Assembly (NCBI GenBank): GCA_965226795.1
Contig: CBDDDZ010000005.1
Location: 512,001 to 576,000 of the forward strand
Source: Candidatus Latescibacterota bacterium
GTDB taxonomy: Bacteria; Latescibacterota; UBA2968; GCA-2709665
Direction of reading: 5' to 3'
DNA length: 64,000 nucleotides
Positions 8,557-18,999 of the stretch are shown here, one piece after another (the first letter of the stretch is position 1; each line of letters opens with the position of its first letter). The notes under the pieces were generated by a model, which worked only from the letters and a program-made list of their open reading frames with translations, was not told the DNA's origin and did not search any database. Both the position numbers and the translations under genes were made by a program.

Positions 8557-11478
8557 GTGCCCCAAACCAATGAAATCGCCTTCAATTTCGAGCTGTCGAA
8601 CGTGCTCCGCACCAAGCATCCGCGCTGGGGTGACCGTATTACTGCGGAACAAACAAACGTCTTCCGCGAGAGCGCCCGGCAGCCGGACGTGGTCATTCGC
8701 CCGCCAGGTGGCGTCCCGGTGGTCCTCGAAACCGAGTATGAACCGGCCCGCGGCGTCGAAGAGGACGCGAGGAAACGCCTGGGAAGCTCCTTGAAGTACG
8801 CGGGCGACCAGATCGAGCAGACCATTGCCGTGCAGGTCCCGAAAGACCTGAGCCAGGCGCCTCAGGCGGAACTGAAGCACCGGATCGAAGGCGCGGAGTT
8901 CCGTTATTGTATATATTCGCTGCAAGAAGCGGATGCGGCCACGCGGTGGCCAGCCACGGGTTGGCTGATCGGTACCATCGACGATCTCGCGACCTGTATT
9001 GAAAACGTAGCGCTGTCCGAGCGGCTACTGGCTCAAGGAACACACATTTTGGAGCAAAGCATCCGCGAGGCTGCCGGTAAGCTACGGGAATCAGCTGGCA
9101 CAAATGCGCTGGCGAGCATCGCGAATTCCCTCCACCAGGAGGATGGCGAGCAAACCTCGCGGATGGCGATGGCCATCGTCGCCAACGCACTCGTTGTTCA
9201 CACTGCAATTGTTCAAGCGCACGACATTGCCACGATCGACCAACTGCGCATTCCGGGGCGCAGCGACGTCAGCAAGAGCCGATTGCTCGAATGCTGGCAG
9301 CATATCCTCGATGACATCAATTACTATCCGATCTTCCGCATCGCGTCCGATTTGCTCCTGCCGATTCCCGACGCGGCGGCGAACGCGGTACTCAATCGCC
9401 TCGCTCAGGCGGCCAGCGATTTGGCGGGTTTGGGGGCTACCACCCTGCACGACCTATCCGGACGTATGTTCCAGACGCTGATCGCCGACCGGAAGTTCCT
9501 CGCCACGTTTTATACGCTGCCGACTTCGGCCGCCCTGCTCGCCGAGTTGGCGGTATCCCGTCTGGACGTGGATACGGATTGGTCCGACCCGGACGCACTC
9601 GTCCGTCTCCAGGTTGCCGACCTGGCATGCGGCACGGGCACCCTGCTCTCAGCCGCATATCGCGCCCTGGCAGGGCGCTATCGGCGTACGGGCGGCGACG
9701 ATCAGGCGCTGCACCGGCAGATGATGGAACGCGCCCTCATCGCGGCGGACATCATGCCGGCAGCTTCGCATCTTACCGCATCCATGCTGTCGAGCGCGCA
9801 TCCTGGCACGACCTTTGGCCGCACCCGCGTCCACACCCTGCCTTACGGACGGCAGGACCAGCAAAAACGGCATGCGATGGCGTTGGGCGCCCTCGACCTG
9901 ATTGAAGATGACGCGGCGCCATCGCTATTTGGTACCGGCGTAAAAGTAGTGCAAGGCACGCGCGCGGACGTGGAGAGCGAGGGGAGCCAGGATATGATCC
10001 TCCCCCGCGAAACAGCCGATCTGGTGATTATGAATCCTCCCTTCACTCGGCCAACGAACCACGAGAAAACCAAAAAGCCGGTGCCGTCATTTGCAGGTTT
10101 GGGTAGAGGTAAAGATGAACAGCGGCAAATGAGCACTCGGTTAAAGGGGATATGCGCCAAGCTGAAAAAGAGCGGTAATCTAGCTGGTCACGGCAACGCC
10201 GGGTTGGCCTCCAACTTCATTGACTTGGCCCACGCCAAGACCAGGCCCGGGGGCGTACTCGCGCTGGTGCTGCCGGCCTCGTTTGTTAGCGGCAGTTCCT
10301 GGAAGGACGCCCGTAGATTGCTGGAAAGCGAGTACGAAGACTTGGCCGTGCTGACGATTGCAGCGCACGGCGATACGGATCGGGCTTTTTCGGCCGATAC
10401 GGGCATGGCCGAGGCTCTTGTCGTAGCCACCAGGCGTCGTGCCGTACGCAAGGGAAACGGGGAGACGCTGTTCGTCAATCTGTATCATAGGCCTCACAGC
10501 CTCGCGGAAGCCTTTGAAATGGCACGGGCTGTACGTCGCCTCTTCTCCGCACAGGCGACACGACAAGGACGACTGTGCATAGGCGACCGTGAGACCATCG
10601 GCACGTACATTCGGGCTCCGTTGAGCCAGGGCGGTTGCGCGTCCCTGCGCGAGACAGGGCTTGCCGACACGGCCCTCGGCTTATTGGAAATAACTCTGCG
10701 ACTGCCTCAAGGATACGCCGCACCACTTGCCACGATTTGCCTCGGTGCTCTTGGCGAAAAGGGACTTGTCGACCGCGACATATCAGGAAAGTCCAGCAGC
10801 GGAAAACCGAGAGGCCCGTTTGAGATTATACCCATTCAGGGAGTACCGCAATATCCGGTTTTGTGGGGGCATGACGCCCAGCGCGAACGGAGCCTCGTCA
10901 TTCCGCCCGAAAGCGAAGGCGAGGTGCGCCCCGGCTGCGAAGACCGAGCCGTGCCCGTCTGGAATCGCACCGCCTCGCGGCTGCACTTCAACCGCGATTT
11001 TCAGATTAACTCGCAAAGCCTTACGGCATGCCTCACGCCCGCAAAAACGATCGGCGGTAGAGCGTGGCCTAACTTCATCCTGGAGCGAGAAGAGTTGACC
11101 CTCCCCCTTGTCTTGTGGTCAAACACGACTCTGGGACTCCTCGCCTTCTGGTGGGCCGGCACCAGACAGCAGCAGGGACGGGCGTGTCTCACGATCACCC
11201 AGTTACCCCGCCTGACGGTCCTGGACCCGCGCACCCTCAGCGAGGATCAGCTCGCCCAGGCCACGACCATCTTTGAGCGATTCAGGGAAAGGGAATTCCT
11301 GCCGGCCAATGAGGCATATCGGGATGCCGTGCGCCAGGATCTTGACCGCGCCGTTTTGGTGGAACTGTTGCGCCTGCCCGAAGGAGTCCTCGAATCGCTC
11401 GCGATTCTGCGCAACCAATGGTGCGCCGAGCCAAGCGTCCATGGGGGTAAGAAGACAAAGATTGATACGCCGACATGA
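8557..11478 (+). CDS. Single-chain restriction-modification enzyme (type IIG-like): nuclease, N6-adenine MTase, TRD
   Basis: N-terminal RQPDVVI...LETEY (PD-(D/E)xK-like); motif I DLACGTGTLL; motif IV MNPPF; 973 aa. Confidence 0.85.
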   Translation: MPQTNEIAFNFELSNVLRTKHPRWGDRITAEQTNVFRESARQPDVVIRPPGGVPVVLETEYEPARGVEEDARKRLGSSLKYAGDQIEQTIAVQVPKDLSQAPQAELKHRIEGAEFRYCIYSLQEADAATRWPATGWLIGTIDDLATCIENVALSERLLAQGTHILEQSIREAAGKLRESAGTNALASIANSLHQEDGEQTSRMAMAIVANALVVHTAIVQAHDIATIDQLRIPGRSDVSKSRLLECWQHILDDINYYPIFRIASDLLLPIPDAAANAVLNRLAQAASDLAGLGATTLHDLSGRMFQTLIADRKFLATFYTLPTSAALLAELAVSRLDVDTDWSDPDALVRLQVADLACGTGTLLSAAYRALAGRYRRTGGDDQALHRQMMERALIAADIMPAASHLTASMLSSAHPGTTFGRTRVHTLPYGRQDQQKRHAMALGALDLIEDDAAPSLFGTGVKVVQGTRADVESEGSQDMILPRETADLVIMNPPFTRPTNHEKTKKPVPSFAGLGRGKDEQRQMSTRLKGICAKLKKSGNLAGHGNAGLASNFIDLAHAKTRPGGVLALVLPASFVSGSSWKDARRLLESEYEDLAVLTIAAHGDTDRAFSADTGMAEALVVATRRRAVRKGNGETLFVNLYHRPHSLAEAFEMARAVRRLFSAQATRQGRLCIGDRETIGTYIRAPLSQGGCASLRETGLADTALGLLEITLRLPQGYAAPLATICLGALGEKGLVDRDISGKSSSGKPRGPFEIIPIQGVPQYPVLWGHDAQRERSLVIPPESEGEVRPGCEDRAVPVWNRTASRLHFNRDFQINSQSLTACLTPAKTIGGRAWPNFILEREELTLPLVLWSNTTLGLLAFWWAGTRQQQGRACLTITQLPRLTVLDPRTLSEDQLAQATTIFERFREREFLPANEAYRDAVRQDLDRAVLVELLRLPEGVLESLAILRNQWCAEPSVHGGKKTKIDTPT

Positions 11479-11768
11479 TCTCGCTGAAGTCCAACTACAT
11501 TCAATTAGACACGATCATCCTTTGAATTTGTGCTGATGGCGTTAGTACCGCGATTTGTGCCGTGAGTAATGATAGTGTCGATCTGTTGTGCGCTGACTTT
11601 GCTGCTATGTGGCTCACGGCTGGAGGTTGTTTTTGGTCCTTAATCCTTGTACGGGTTATAGTTGTCTAACAGTTAGTTCGTGCTTTTTCTCTGGTCATTG
11701 GCGACCCAGAATTGAACTCGACAACGTTGCTTCAGGTTGAGAGTTCGGAAATCAGGAGGAGACAAGGC

Positions 11769-12379
11769 ATGAGCGACTGGCTCTAGAAATAGTACAAATT
11801 TTAGCAATATGCATAGTCTTGTTCCTATTAAAACAGTTTGGGACGCTCTACATAACTAAGAAGGGCGAAAACCTTGCGACGAAACAGGATATAAGGAAGA
11901 TTACCGACGAAATTGAAAAGGTCCGCTCGGTATACGCGAAGCATTTGGAAGACATATCACAGCAGAATTGTCTTATCTTGGAACAGGCAAAACAGAAACA
12001 CGAACTCAGAGTCGCCGCATTGGACCGCCGCCTCGAAGCACATCAACAGGCATTCACGCTGTGGCGGAGGCTTCTACACAAAGTTCACGATGAAGAGATT
12101 GGTAAAATCGTTCTGGAATGTCAGGAATGGTGGGTGAAAAACTGCCTTTACTTGGATGCCGAATCAAGGGCTGCCTTTCGGGACGCGTACCATGCAGCAT
12201 TCTTGCATCGGGATCTTGTCGATGGATATCGGGAAAATCCAGAAGGTAGTGAGAAAATCATAGAGAACTTCAAGGTAATCACCGATGCAGGTGAGCAGCT
12301 CGTGGAGGCTGCGGAACTTCCGAGTCTGGGCGAGAAAGAGTATAAGCCCATCGATCCACCAGAATCGGTCGAGGATTAG
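11769..12379 (+). pseudogene. Hypothetical membrane-anchored coiled-coil protein, apparent 1-bp frameshift near 11780
   Basis: AGGAGG then ATG 11769 (MSDW) joins the frame of ORF 11819-12379 (ALEIVQILAICIVLFLLK...KKGENLATKQDI) if one base is added. Confidence 0.55.
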
Positions 12380-12877
12380 CCGAAGGAAACTGCACCAAGA
12401 ACCTTTGAGGATGAGAATCATGGAGAAAAAGAACAAGCTTGAGTTTTCGTCAATTCGAATCCCTAAATCATTGAATGAAGCAGTTATGGGTGCTGCGGAA
12501 TTGACTGAACAGAGTGTCGACGATTTCGTCTAAGAAAACCTTGCGACCGTGACCTGGCAAACCGAGTTTTAATGATGGTCAACAAACTTGCCACCAAACC
12601 CCAAACGGTGGCGCCCCGATACACGGTCACAGACTCATTGAACTCGTCGTCCAGGGCGTCGAATTCCGGGATGGAGACGTCAAAGCCGCCGCTTAATCCA
12701 TCAGGATGCGCTCGCCGCCATCCACAACATTTGACAATATCTCTCCCAGGCTATTTCTCCGCTCCTTCAAAAAGCCACTTTGTCTCAGCTAATGATCTCC
12801 CATATGCGGCCATTGCAGGATCGGTTTAATCGGGCTACTTGGTTGCGATTGAGGTTTCGGACTTCCGAATAACGTTT

Positions 12878-13099
12878 CTACCTTCTGGCAGTCTCCGCTT
12901 CCGACAACAGTAGGGTCTTGCCGGCACGAAAATCTTCACTCCTTTGCAACGCATCCGCCAACTCAATCTTCTCCTCATCGTCAAGACCCGGAAGTTCATC
13001 TAAGGCAAGATACTCCGGGTGTTCCCTCACTGTCTTATCTATCAACGCTTCAGCCCACTTAAGCCTGCCCACTTCATCCCCTTCATCATATTTTTCCAT
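12878..13099 (-). CDS. Small acidic antitoxin-like protein (no toxin partner seen)
   Basis: GGAGGA RBS, ATG 13099; C-terminal ALQRSEDFRAGKTLLLSE resembles ALRTTEELRTGESRMLTVDE at 35738-35953. Confidence 0.45.
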   Translation of the reverse strand: MEKYDEGDEVGRLKWAEALIDKTVREHPEYLALDELPGLDDEEKIELADALQRSEDFRAGKTLLLSEAETARR

Positions 13100-13258
13100 G
13101 TCCTCCCCCCTTATAACATGTCGGCTTGACAAAATCCCCCGTTTTTTTTCAGGAAAGATGAAAAAAGATATTGACAGCGGCCTCCGATACATTAGATTTC
13201 TATTGTATCAGGTACGTATCCATTATGCATCAAAAACGCAATTTATCTACTAAAGTTT

Positions 13259-13454
13259 GAGCCCACTCCGAAAAGTGAGATTCCCGTAATTTTCCTCCAA
13301 TTTGGATCATGAACGGCCATTCTTCAATATGACCTATATCCGCGTAAATCATTATATATCATAGTTATATAACAAGTATAATTTCGGTTTACTTCTGAAC
13401 AGAACACCATTTTTGACTTTGTCGGAGTCGATTTTGACTTTTCGGAGGGGACTC
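13259..13454. mobile_element. MITE family D (196 bp)
   Basis: TIRs GAGCCCACTCCGAAAAGT / ACTTTTCGGAGGGGACTC; 6-bp direct repeat AAGTTT at 13253-13258 and 13455-13460; AT-rich interior. Confidence 0.8.
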
Positions 13455-13464
13455 AAGTTTTAAA

Positions 13465-13941
13465 ATGCGTATCCTGGGTTGGATTCTTGAAATATTGGAT
13501 ACCGTCGCAAAATGGCTTTCATCAAAAAGCGAAAAAGATGGAAAAAGAGAATCAATTTGGAGCGTAACTGAAAGTGACAGAAGACGATTTGCTTACTTGT
13601 CTGTAATCCCATTCTTCGTGTCATTAATCGTTGTATCCTACCATGAAATATGGTACACGGATTTCAGCCCTCTCCATAAAACGTCCCACATAATACAAAA
13701 TGTAGGAACCATCGGCGTCTCTTGTGTGACACTCGCCTTTTTCTTATTGGAAGGAGTGGAAGTTATGAGCCTCCTATTAGGGAATGCCAGAGAACTGGTT
13801 GAACGCCGAAAAACAGCCCGCGATGAAGCAGCCGTTCAGAAATTCGTTACAAAAATCGAAGAAAAATTCGGAGCAGAAAAAACAGTATCCATTGAAGATA
13901 TTAAAAGCGTTGCACAAGACACAACCGCAAAAAACAAATAA
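13465..13941 (+). CDS. Hypothetical membrane protein (2 TM), low GC
   Basis: 158-aa ORF with two hydrophobic segments; visibly AT-rich relative to flanks. Confidence 0.65.
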   Translation: MRILGWILEILDTVAKWLSSKSEKDGKRESIWSVTESDRRRFAYLSVIPFFVSLIVVSYHEIWYTDFSPLHKTSHIIQNVGTIGVSCVTLAFFLLEGVEVMSLLLGNARELVERRKTARDEAAVQKFVTKIEEKFGAEKTVSIEDIKSVAQDTTAKNK

Positions 13942-14403
13942 ACCCCTTTATCCCACCATCCGGCCAACACCCGCCTGCCAGTATTACAATTGGCAGGCTT
14001 TGTTCTGCCAACCACTTAATCCCTGTTAATTGCCTGGTTAACCAATCGCCCCGTCACAACATGAGACAAGGAAGCGACGTAAGTACTTTGCCGCTACCAA
14101 TTTGCGATATCTACCAGACAACGGATTCCGCGACGGTGGTTGTGTATTTTGTAGGGACGGTTTCGCGAACCGCCCTGCGTTCGTATGATGGATGTGGACC
14201 TTGATTCGCCTTTCCGAAAACCTATCAAGCACCGAGGTTTGAATTCATGCGCGGTTTTTTTACCCATCTGCAGAAAACCAATTGCACACTATTCTTGGGA
14301 ATGATATATTCGCTATGAAGGCGGGAAGCAGTCGCCAGCGTCCGGCCTGTTTCTTTGGGTAAGGTCGATTCTGAGACGTCTAATGATTCTCCAGGAGGAT
14401 CCA

Positions 14404-14589
14404 ATGTCTGCAGGTAATTTAACTGCCGTGATCAGAAAAGAGGATGATTTGTACGTTGCGGATTGCCCGGCATTGGGTACAGTAAGTCAGGGCACTTCCC
14501 CGAAGGAAGCGTTGGAAAACCTCAAGGAGGCCACAACACTCTATCTTGAAGAAACTGGAGCTACGGTGACGGAGTTCAATATTGCCTAA
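14404..14589 (+). CDS. hicB: HicB family antitoxin
   Basis: Nearly identical to the 6622 copy; overlaps hicA start. Confidence 0.87.
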   Translation: MSAGNLTAVIRKEDDLYVADCPALGTVSQGTSPKEALENLKEATTLYLEETGATVTEFNIA

Positions 14590-14812
14590 ATTGCCGTCGG
14601 ACAAATCGGGCAGTGAAGTAATAGCAGCACTCCAAAAACCCGGGTTCAGCTTTGTGAGACAAACGGGAAGCCATGTAGTGCTTAAACGCTTCGATCCAAT
14701 CAGAAGCAGAGTGGCGGTTGTTCCTGTGCATAGACGATTGGCGCGCGGAACAATACGAGGTATACTCACACAGGCGGGAATAGACAGGGACGAGTTTCTA
14801 CGTGTAATTTAG
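14582..14812 (+). CDS. hicA: HicA family mRNA interferase toxin
   Basis: SGSEVIAALQKPGF..VRQTGSHVVL...VVPVH..LARGTIRGILTQAGI. Confidence 0.9.
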   Translation: MPKLPSDKSGSEVIAALQKPGFSFVRQTGSHVVLKRFDPIRSRVAVVPVHRRLARGTIRGILTQAGIDRDEFLRVI

Positions 14813-15111
14813 GGATTGAATAATGCTCCATGGGCAGGGTTTGTCGGCAAAAGCGACAGACCCTTTCGTATGTCGTAGGAGATCCGTATGCGGTCTATAT
14901 GTACGCTTGAGCAAAGCCTTGCGATTGGCGTCGATTCGTCAGAAGACCGCAGCCACTACGCTTCATAAAGACCCGGGTCACTGTTGCAAATTGCGACACC
15001 TAACAAATACAGGGTACGATGGCGGTGGTAGGGTTATTTGAAGGGGGCGGTTTCGTGAACTGGCCTGCGACGGTGTGATGGATGTGGACGGGGTCTCCCT
15101 TATCGTACGCA

Positions 15112-15493
15112 AGATGAGTGGACCCTCCCGTTCGTACAGTGGCGAAACAGAACGCAGGGACTTCTCTCCTTCTGGTGGAACGGAACGCGACGGCGGCAAG
15201 GCCGGGCGTGTCTCAGGATTACTCAGCTGCCCCGCCTGACGGTCCTGGACCCGCGCGCCCGCAGCGAGGATCAGCTATCTCAGGCCACGTCCATCTTTGA
15301 GCGATTCAGGGAAAGGGAATTCCTGCCGGCCAACGAGGCATATCGGGATGAGGTACGCCAGGATCTTGACCGCGCGGTACTCACGGAACTGTTGCTCCTT
15401 CCCGACGGGGTTCTCGAAGCGCTCGCCATCTTGCGCGATCAATGGTGCGCTGAGCCAAGCGTCCGTGGTGGTAAGAAGACAAGGATTGTCTAA
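15112..15493 (+). pseudogene. Diverged duplicate of the 3' end of the RM gene (about 11090-11466)
   Basis: Clear nucleotide similarity, e.g. CGATTCAGGGAAAGGGAATTCCTGCCGGCCAA...AATGGTGCGC(C/T)GAGCCAAGCGTCC. Confidence 0.9.
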
Positions 15494-15529
15494 CGCGCCA
15501 CCCACGCAAGAATGCATACAGACTTGGGT

Positions 15530-15809
15530 AAGATTCAGGCGCCGTGTCGTACATCTTTCGGGACAGCTTTTCTTCCCGCACGAACGATTCGCCGTCGGGG
15601 CGGAAGCGGTTTGGGTAGAGTTGGGGCCGTTTGCCGAAGACGAGAAGGAAGACATGATCCACGAACTGAATGCCGAGGTCACACGTCTTTTGTGCTTGAA
15701 CGAGCCGCAACTCATGCGGATTCTTGAGAACATTGACGAACGATCGCGCCATCAAGAGCACCTGGACGGAGTGCTGCGCCGTTCCCGTACATGGAGGAGT
15801 CCCCATTGA
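15530..15809 (+). pseudogene. Degenerate C-terminal remnant resembling a second, Eco57I-like type IIG RM protein
   Basis: RFAVGAEAVWVELGPFAEDEKEDMIHELNAEVTRLLCLNEPQL resembles the ELDAxVAHLYGL tail of such enzymes (recalled family pattern). Confidence 0.5.
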
Positions 15810-16993
15810 CACTGCGCGTCAACGTCAAACCGGAGTTATTTCGCTTGGCGCGGGAGCGGGCGGGCATTCACGTGGATGCTCTGGTGAAGCGATTTCCCAG
15901 ATATCTCGAGTGGGAATGCGGTGAAAAACAGCCAACGCTCAAGCAACTGGAGAAACTTGCCCGTGTCACCCATGCGCCGATCGGTTCTTGCTTTCTTTCT
16001 TTCGGAGCCGCTTGATGAACCGGTCCCGATTCCTGACATGCGAACGATCGGCAGTGAGATCGTGGGACGGCCCAGTGTCGAACTTCTGGATACCGTCTAT
16101 CTCTGCTTACAACGTCAGGATTGGTACCGGGACTATGCACGCATCGAGGGAGAGGATCCGCTACGGTTCGTTGGGTCCGAGACGACTCGGAGCGACGTTG
16201 AGTCCACTGCGGAAAGGATTAGAGGCGAACTGGGTTTCGACGTCAATGAGCGACGCAAACTGCGTACCTGGACCGAGGCGCTAAGGCGCTTTATTGAGCA
16301 GGCTGATTCACTGGGTATATTGGTGATGACAAGCGGGATTGTTGGCAATAATACCAACCGCAGGATGTACCCCGAAGAGTTTCGGGGCTTCGCCTTGAGC
16401 GACGATCTTGCACCGCTTGTATTCATTAACGGGGCCGACACCAGGGCGGCTCAAATGTTCACGATGGCTCACGAACTCGCACACATCTGGCTCGGCAAGT
16501 CGGCGCTCTCCGACGTTGGTGCTGTTTCCGTGCCGTCCCACGACGTAGTGGGTTGGTGCAACCGGGTCGCTGCCGAGCTTCTCGTGCCATTTGCGTCATT
16601 ACTTGAGAGTTACCGTGAGAGCGAGGAACTTCCAATTCAACTCAACCGCCTTGCACGAGAATACAAAGTCAGCACGTTGGTCGTGCTGCGGCGGCTTCAC
16701 GACGTCGGTGTACTCGACCGTGAGGAACTCAGGTCCGCCTACGGCCGGGAACTGGATCGCATAAGGAACATTGAACCGACAAGCGGCGGCAGTTTCCATC
16801 CAACGCTCAGGGCGCGCGTAGGCCGGCGGTTTGGCGGTGCCATTGTGACCAGCACATTAGGAGGACGGACTTCTTTTTCCGAGTCCTTCCGCCTTCTCGG
16901 TAAAAAAAAGTGTCGACGTTGCGGGCCTTCGCGGCAAGCCTGGAAGTGGGACCATCGAGCACGTTTTTGCGTCTCTTTGAAACGAGGTACTGA
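15806..16993 (+). pseudogene. XRE HTH + ImmA/IrrE metallopeptidase with two frameshifts (about 15995 and the A8 run at 16902-16909)
   Basis: N-terminal WECGEKQPTLKQLEKLA HTH in one frame; EEFRGFAL...FTMAHELAHIWLG (HExxH) in the next. Confidence 0.85.
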
Positions 16994-16998
16994 ACGAG

Positions 16999-18999
16999 AT
17001 GGCTACCCGAAAGAAAAAGACCCAACCGGAAAAGCCCACTGATCCCTTTTCGGAACTCACGTGGGAAGACCTGGAGGAATGGGCCGGCAATCGCATCGTT
17101 GCCCGGGGTCGGTCCTATGCGAGAAAAGGGGCTGTTCAGGAATTGAAACGCGCCGAAGACGGGGCCCTGATAGCCTGGGTGCTGGGTAGCCATCGCTACG
17201 CCACCCGGGTGAGCGTTGAGGGAAGAAAGGACCTGATATCCGGATGTACCTGTCCCTACTGGACGACGTGCAAACACGGGGTGGCTGTCGTGGTGGAATA
17301 TCTGGAAATGGCAAAGACCGGAACTGCCGTCGGCCGGGTTGAGGCAGACGACCCGCGGCTTGAGGAGTTGGATGCAATCACGGAAAACTCCGAGGAGCCG
17401 CTGGAATTCGACGTGGAGGAACTGGAAGAGGAGCCCGTCGAGACACTTTCGGATAACAATGGGTCAGGGCAATCCCGGCACTCTTCTTTGCGCGCGCACC
17501 TGCAAGAGCATACCAGGGCCGAACTTGTAGAGCTGCTGCTGGAACTCGCCGAAACGCACGACGAAGTGCGCCGGTCGCTTGAGGACAGGCGCAACCTGAC
17601 CTCGGGACAGACCCACAAAGTGCTGAAAAAGATACACTCCGAGATCGCAGCCCTGGAAGAACCCGTATGGGAAACTGATGATTACGGGTACCATCCGGCC
17701 AGTACAGAGCGCCTCAAAGCGATGCTCCAGGCGCTGGTGGCGGCCGGACAGTTTGACGCGGCGGTGCGACTGGGACCGGAACTACTGGCCGCGGGTTGCC
17801 GCGCGATGGAGTACGACCAGGAGGGAGAGTCAAGCGAAGCAATCGGCGCCTGCCTCGACGTTCTTTTCCAGGCCCTGGATACGACTTCCATGTCGCCCGC
17901 GAACCGGATCGAATGGGTTCTGGACATGGCCCTGGCCGACGAGTACGAACTTTGCTGCCACGGATTGGAAAACTTCAAGGATAAAGACTATGCGAAAAAC
18001 GATTGGTCTGCGGTGTGCGACCGCTTGGCGCAACGTCTCGAGGCCAATAGACCCCCGCGCGGAGGTGATGGACTTTCGACTGACTACAAACGGGACCGAA
18101 TTGTCGACTGGCTCATTCGCGCCATGGAAGTGGCTGGCAGGCAGAAAGAAATCGTCCCTCTGTGCAAGCGCGAAGCCCCCATCACCCTATCATTCAATCG
18201 CCTGGTGGACCGCCTGATGGCCGAGTGCAAGTGGGACGAGGCGAGGCACTGGTGCAGGCAGGGGCTTGAGGCGATTTCCGACCGGTATCCAGGCCTGCAC
18301 GCCGCGCTTCGAGAGCAACTGCAGACCATCAACCAGCGCAGCGGCAATCCACTCGCCGGGTTGGCCCTGCAGGCGGAGGAATTTTTCGCAAGACCCGGAT
18401 CAGACGATTTCCAGGCATTGTGCAAAGCTGCCCGCGAACTGGGCGTTGAGGAGGGCGTCGAGGCGTGGGGGCGGTACTATCTGCGAACCGGCCGGCGACC
18501 TCGAATCGGCAGGAAACGCGAGAGCGACCCGGAGATGGATTGGCCCCTGCCGGTCCCCGAAGTCGAAATGCCGCCGCCACGCGGCGACAATGAGGCGCCT
18601 ATGGTGGACGTGCTGGTCCAACTGGCCATTGCGGAGAAGAAGCCGAACGAGGTTGTGAAGTGGTACGACCATTCCCGTCGAACCAAAGCTGCGCACTGGA
18701 TGCGTGACATTTCCCTCGACGACGAGGTGGCCGACGCCATCGCGTCGACGCATCCCGACCGGGCGGTGGCAATTTGGAGAGAACTGGCGGAGCAGCTGAT
18801 CGCCCGGGTAAAGCCGAGGGGATACCAGGAGGCCGTTCCCTATCTGCGCCAGGTCAGAGATGTACTCATCCGGTCAGGTCGCGAGGGGGAATGGGAAGAG
18901 TACCTGGCCGCCTTGAGACAGCAGAACAAGCGCAGGCCCCGATGCCTGGAGGAACTGGATCGGCTGGAGGGTGGCCGCCGGCGCATTGTCGACGGCTGA
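16999..18999 (+). CDS. SWIM zinc-finger domain protein
   Basis: RGRSY..KGAV, CTCPYWTTCKH SWIM motif, helical C-terminus. Confidence 0.88.
   Translation: MATRKKKTQPEKPTDPFSELTWEDLEEWAGNRIVARGRSYARKGAVQELKRAEDGALIAWVLGSHRYATRVSVEGRKDLISGCTCPYWTTCKHGVAVVVEYLEMAKTGTAVGRVEADDPRLEELDAITENSEEPLEFDVEELEEEPVETLSDNNGSGQSRHSSLRAHLQEHTRAELVELLLELAETHDEVRRSLEDRRNLTSGQTHKVLKKIHSEIAALEEPVWETDDYGYHPASTERLKAMLQALVAAGQFDAAVRLGPELLAAGCRAMEYDQEGESSEAIGACLDVLFQALDTTSMSPANRIEWVLDMALADEYELCCHGLENFKDKDYAKNDWSAVCDRLAQRLEANRPPRGGDGLSTDYKRDRIVDWLIRAMEVAGRQKEIVPLCKREAPITLSFNRLVDRLMAECKWDEARHWCRQGLEAISDRYPGLHAALREQLQTINQRSGNPLAGLALQAEEFFARPGSDDFQALCKAARELGVEEGVEAWGRYYLRTGRRPRIGRKRESDPEMDWPLPVPEVEMPPPRGDNEAPMVDVLVQLAIAEKKPNEVVKWYDHSRRTKAAHWMRDISLDDEVADAIASTHPDRAVAIWRELAEQLIARVKPRGYQEAVPYLRQVRDVLIRSGREGEWEEYLAALRQQNKRRPRCLEELDRLEGGRRRIVDG
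18743..18999 (+). repeat. 257-bp direct repeat, copy 1 (3' end of SWIM gene)
   Basis: Near-identical to 21490-21746. Confidence 0.95.

Noticed and set aside
12550..12830. Possible Phd/YefM-like remnants here and at 34265-34486
   Set aside because: Only a few residues of resemblance, and the copy here is interrupted by stops
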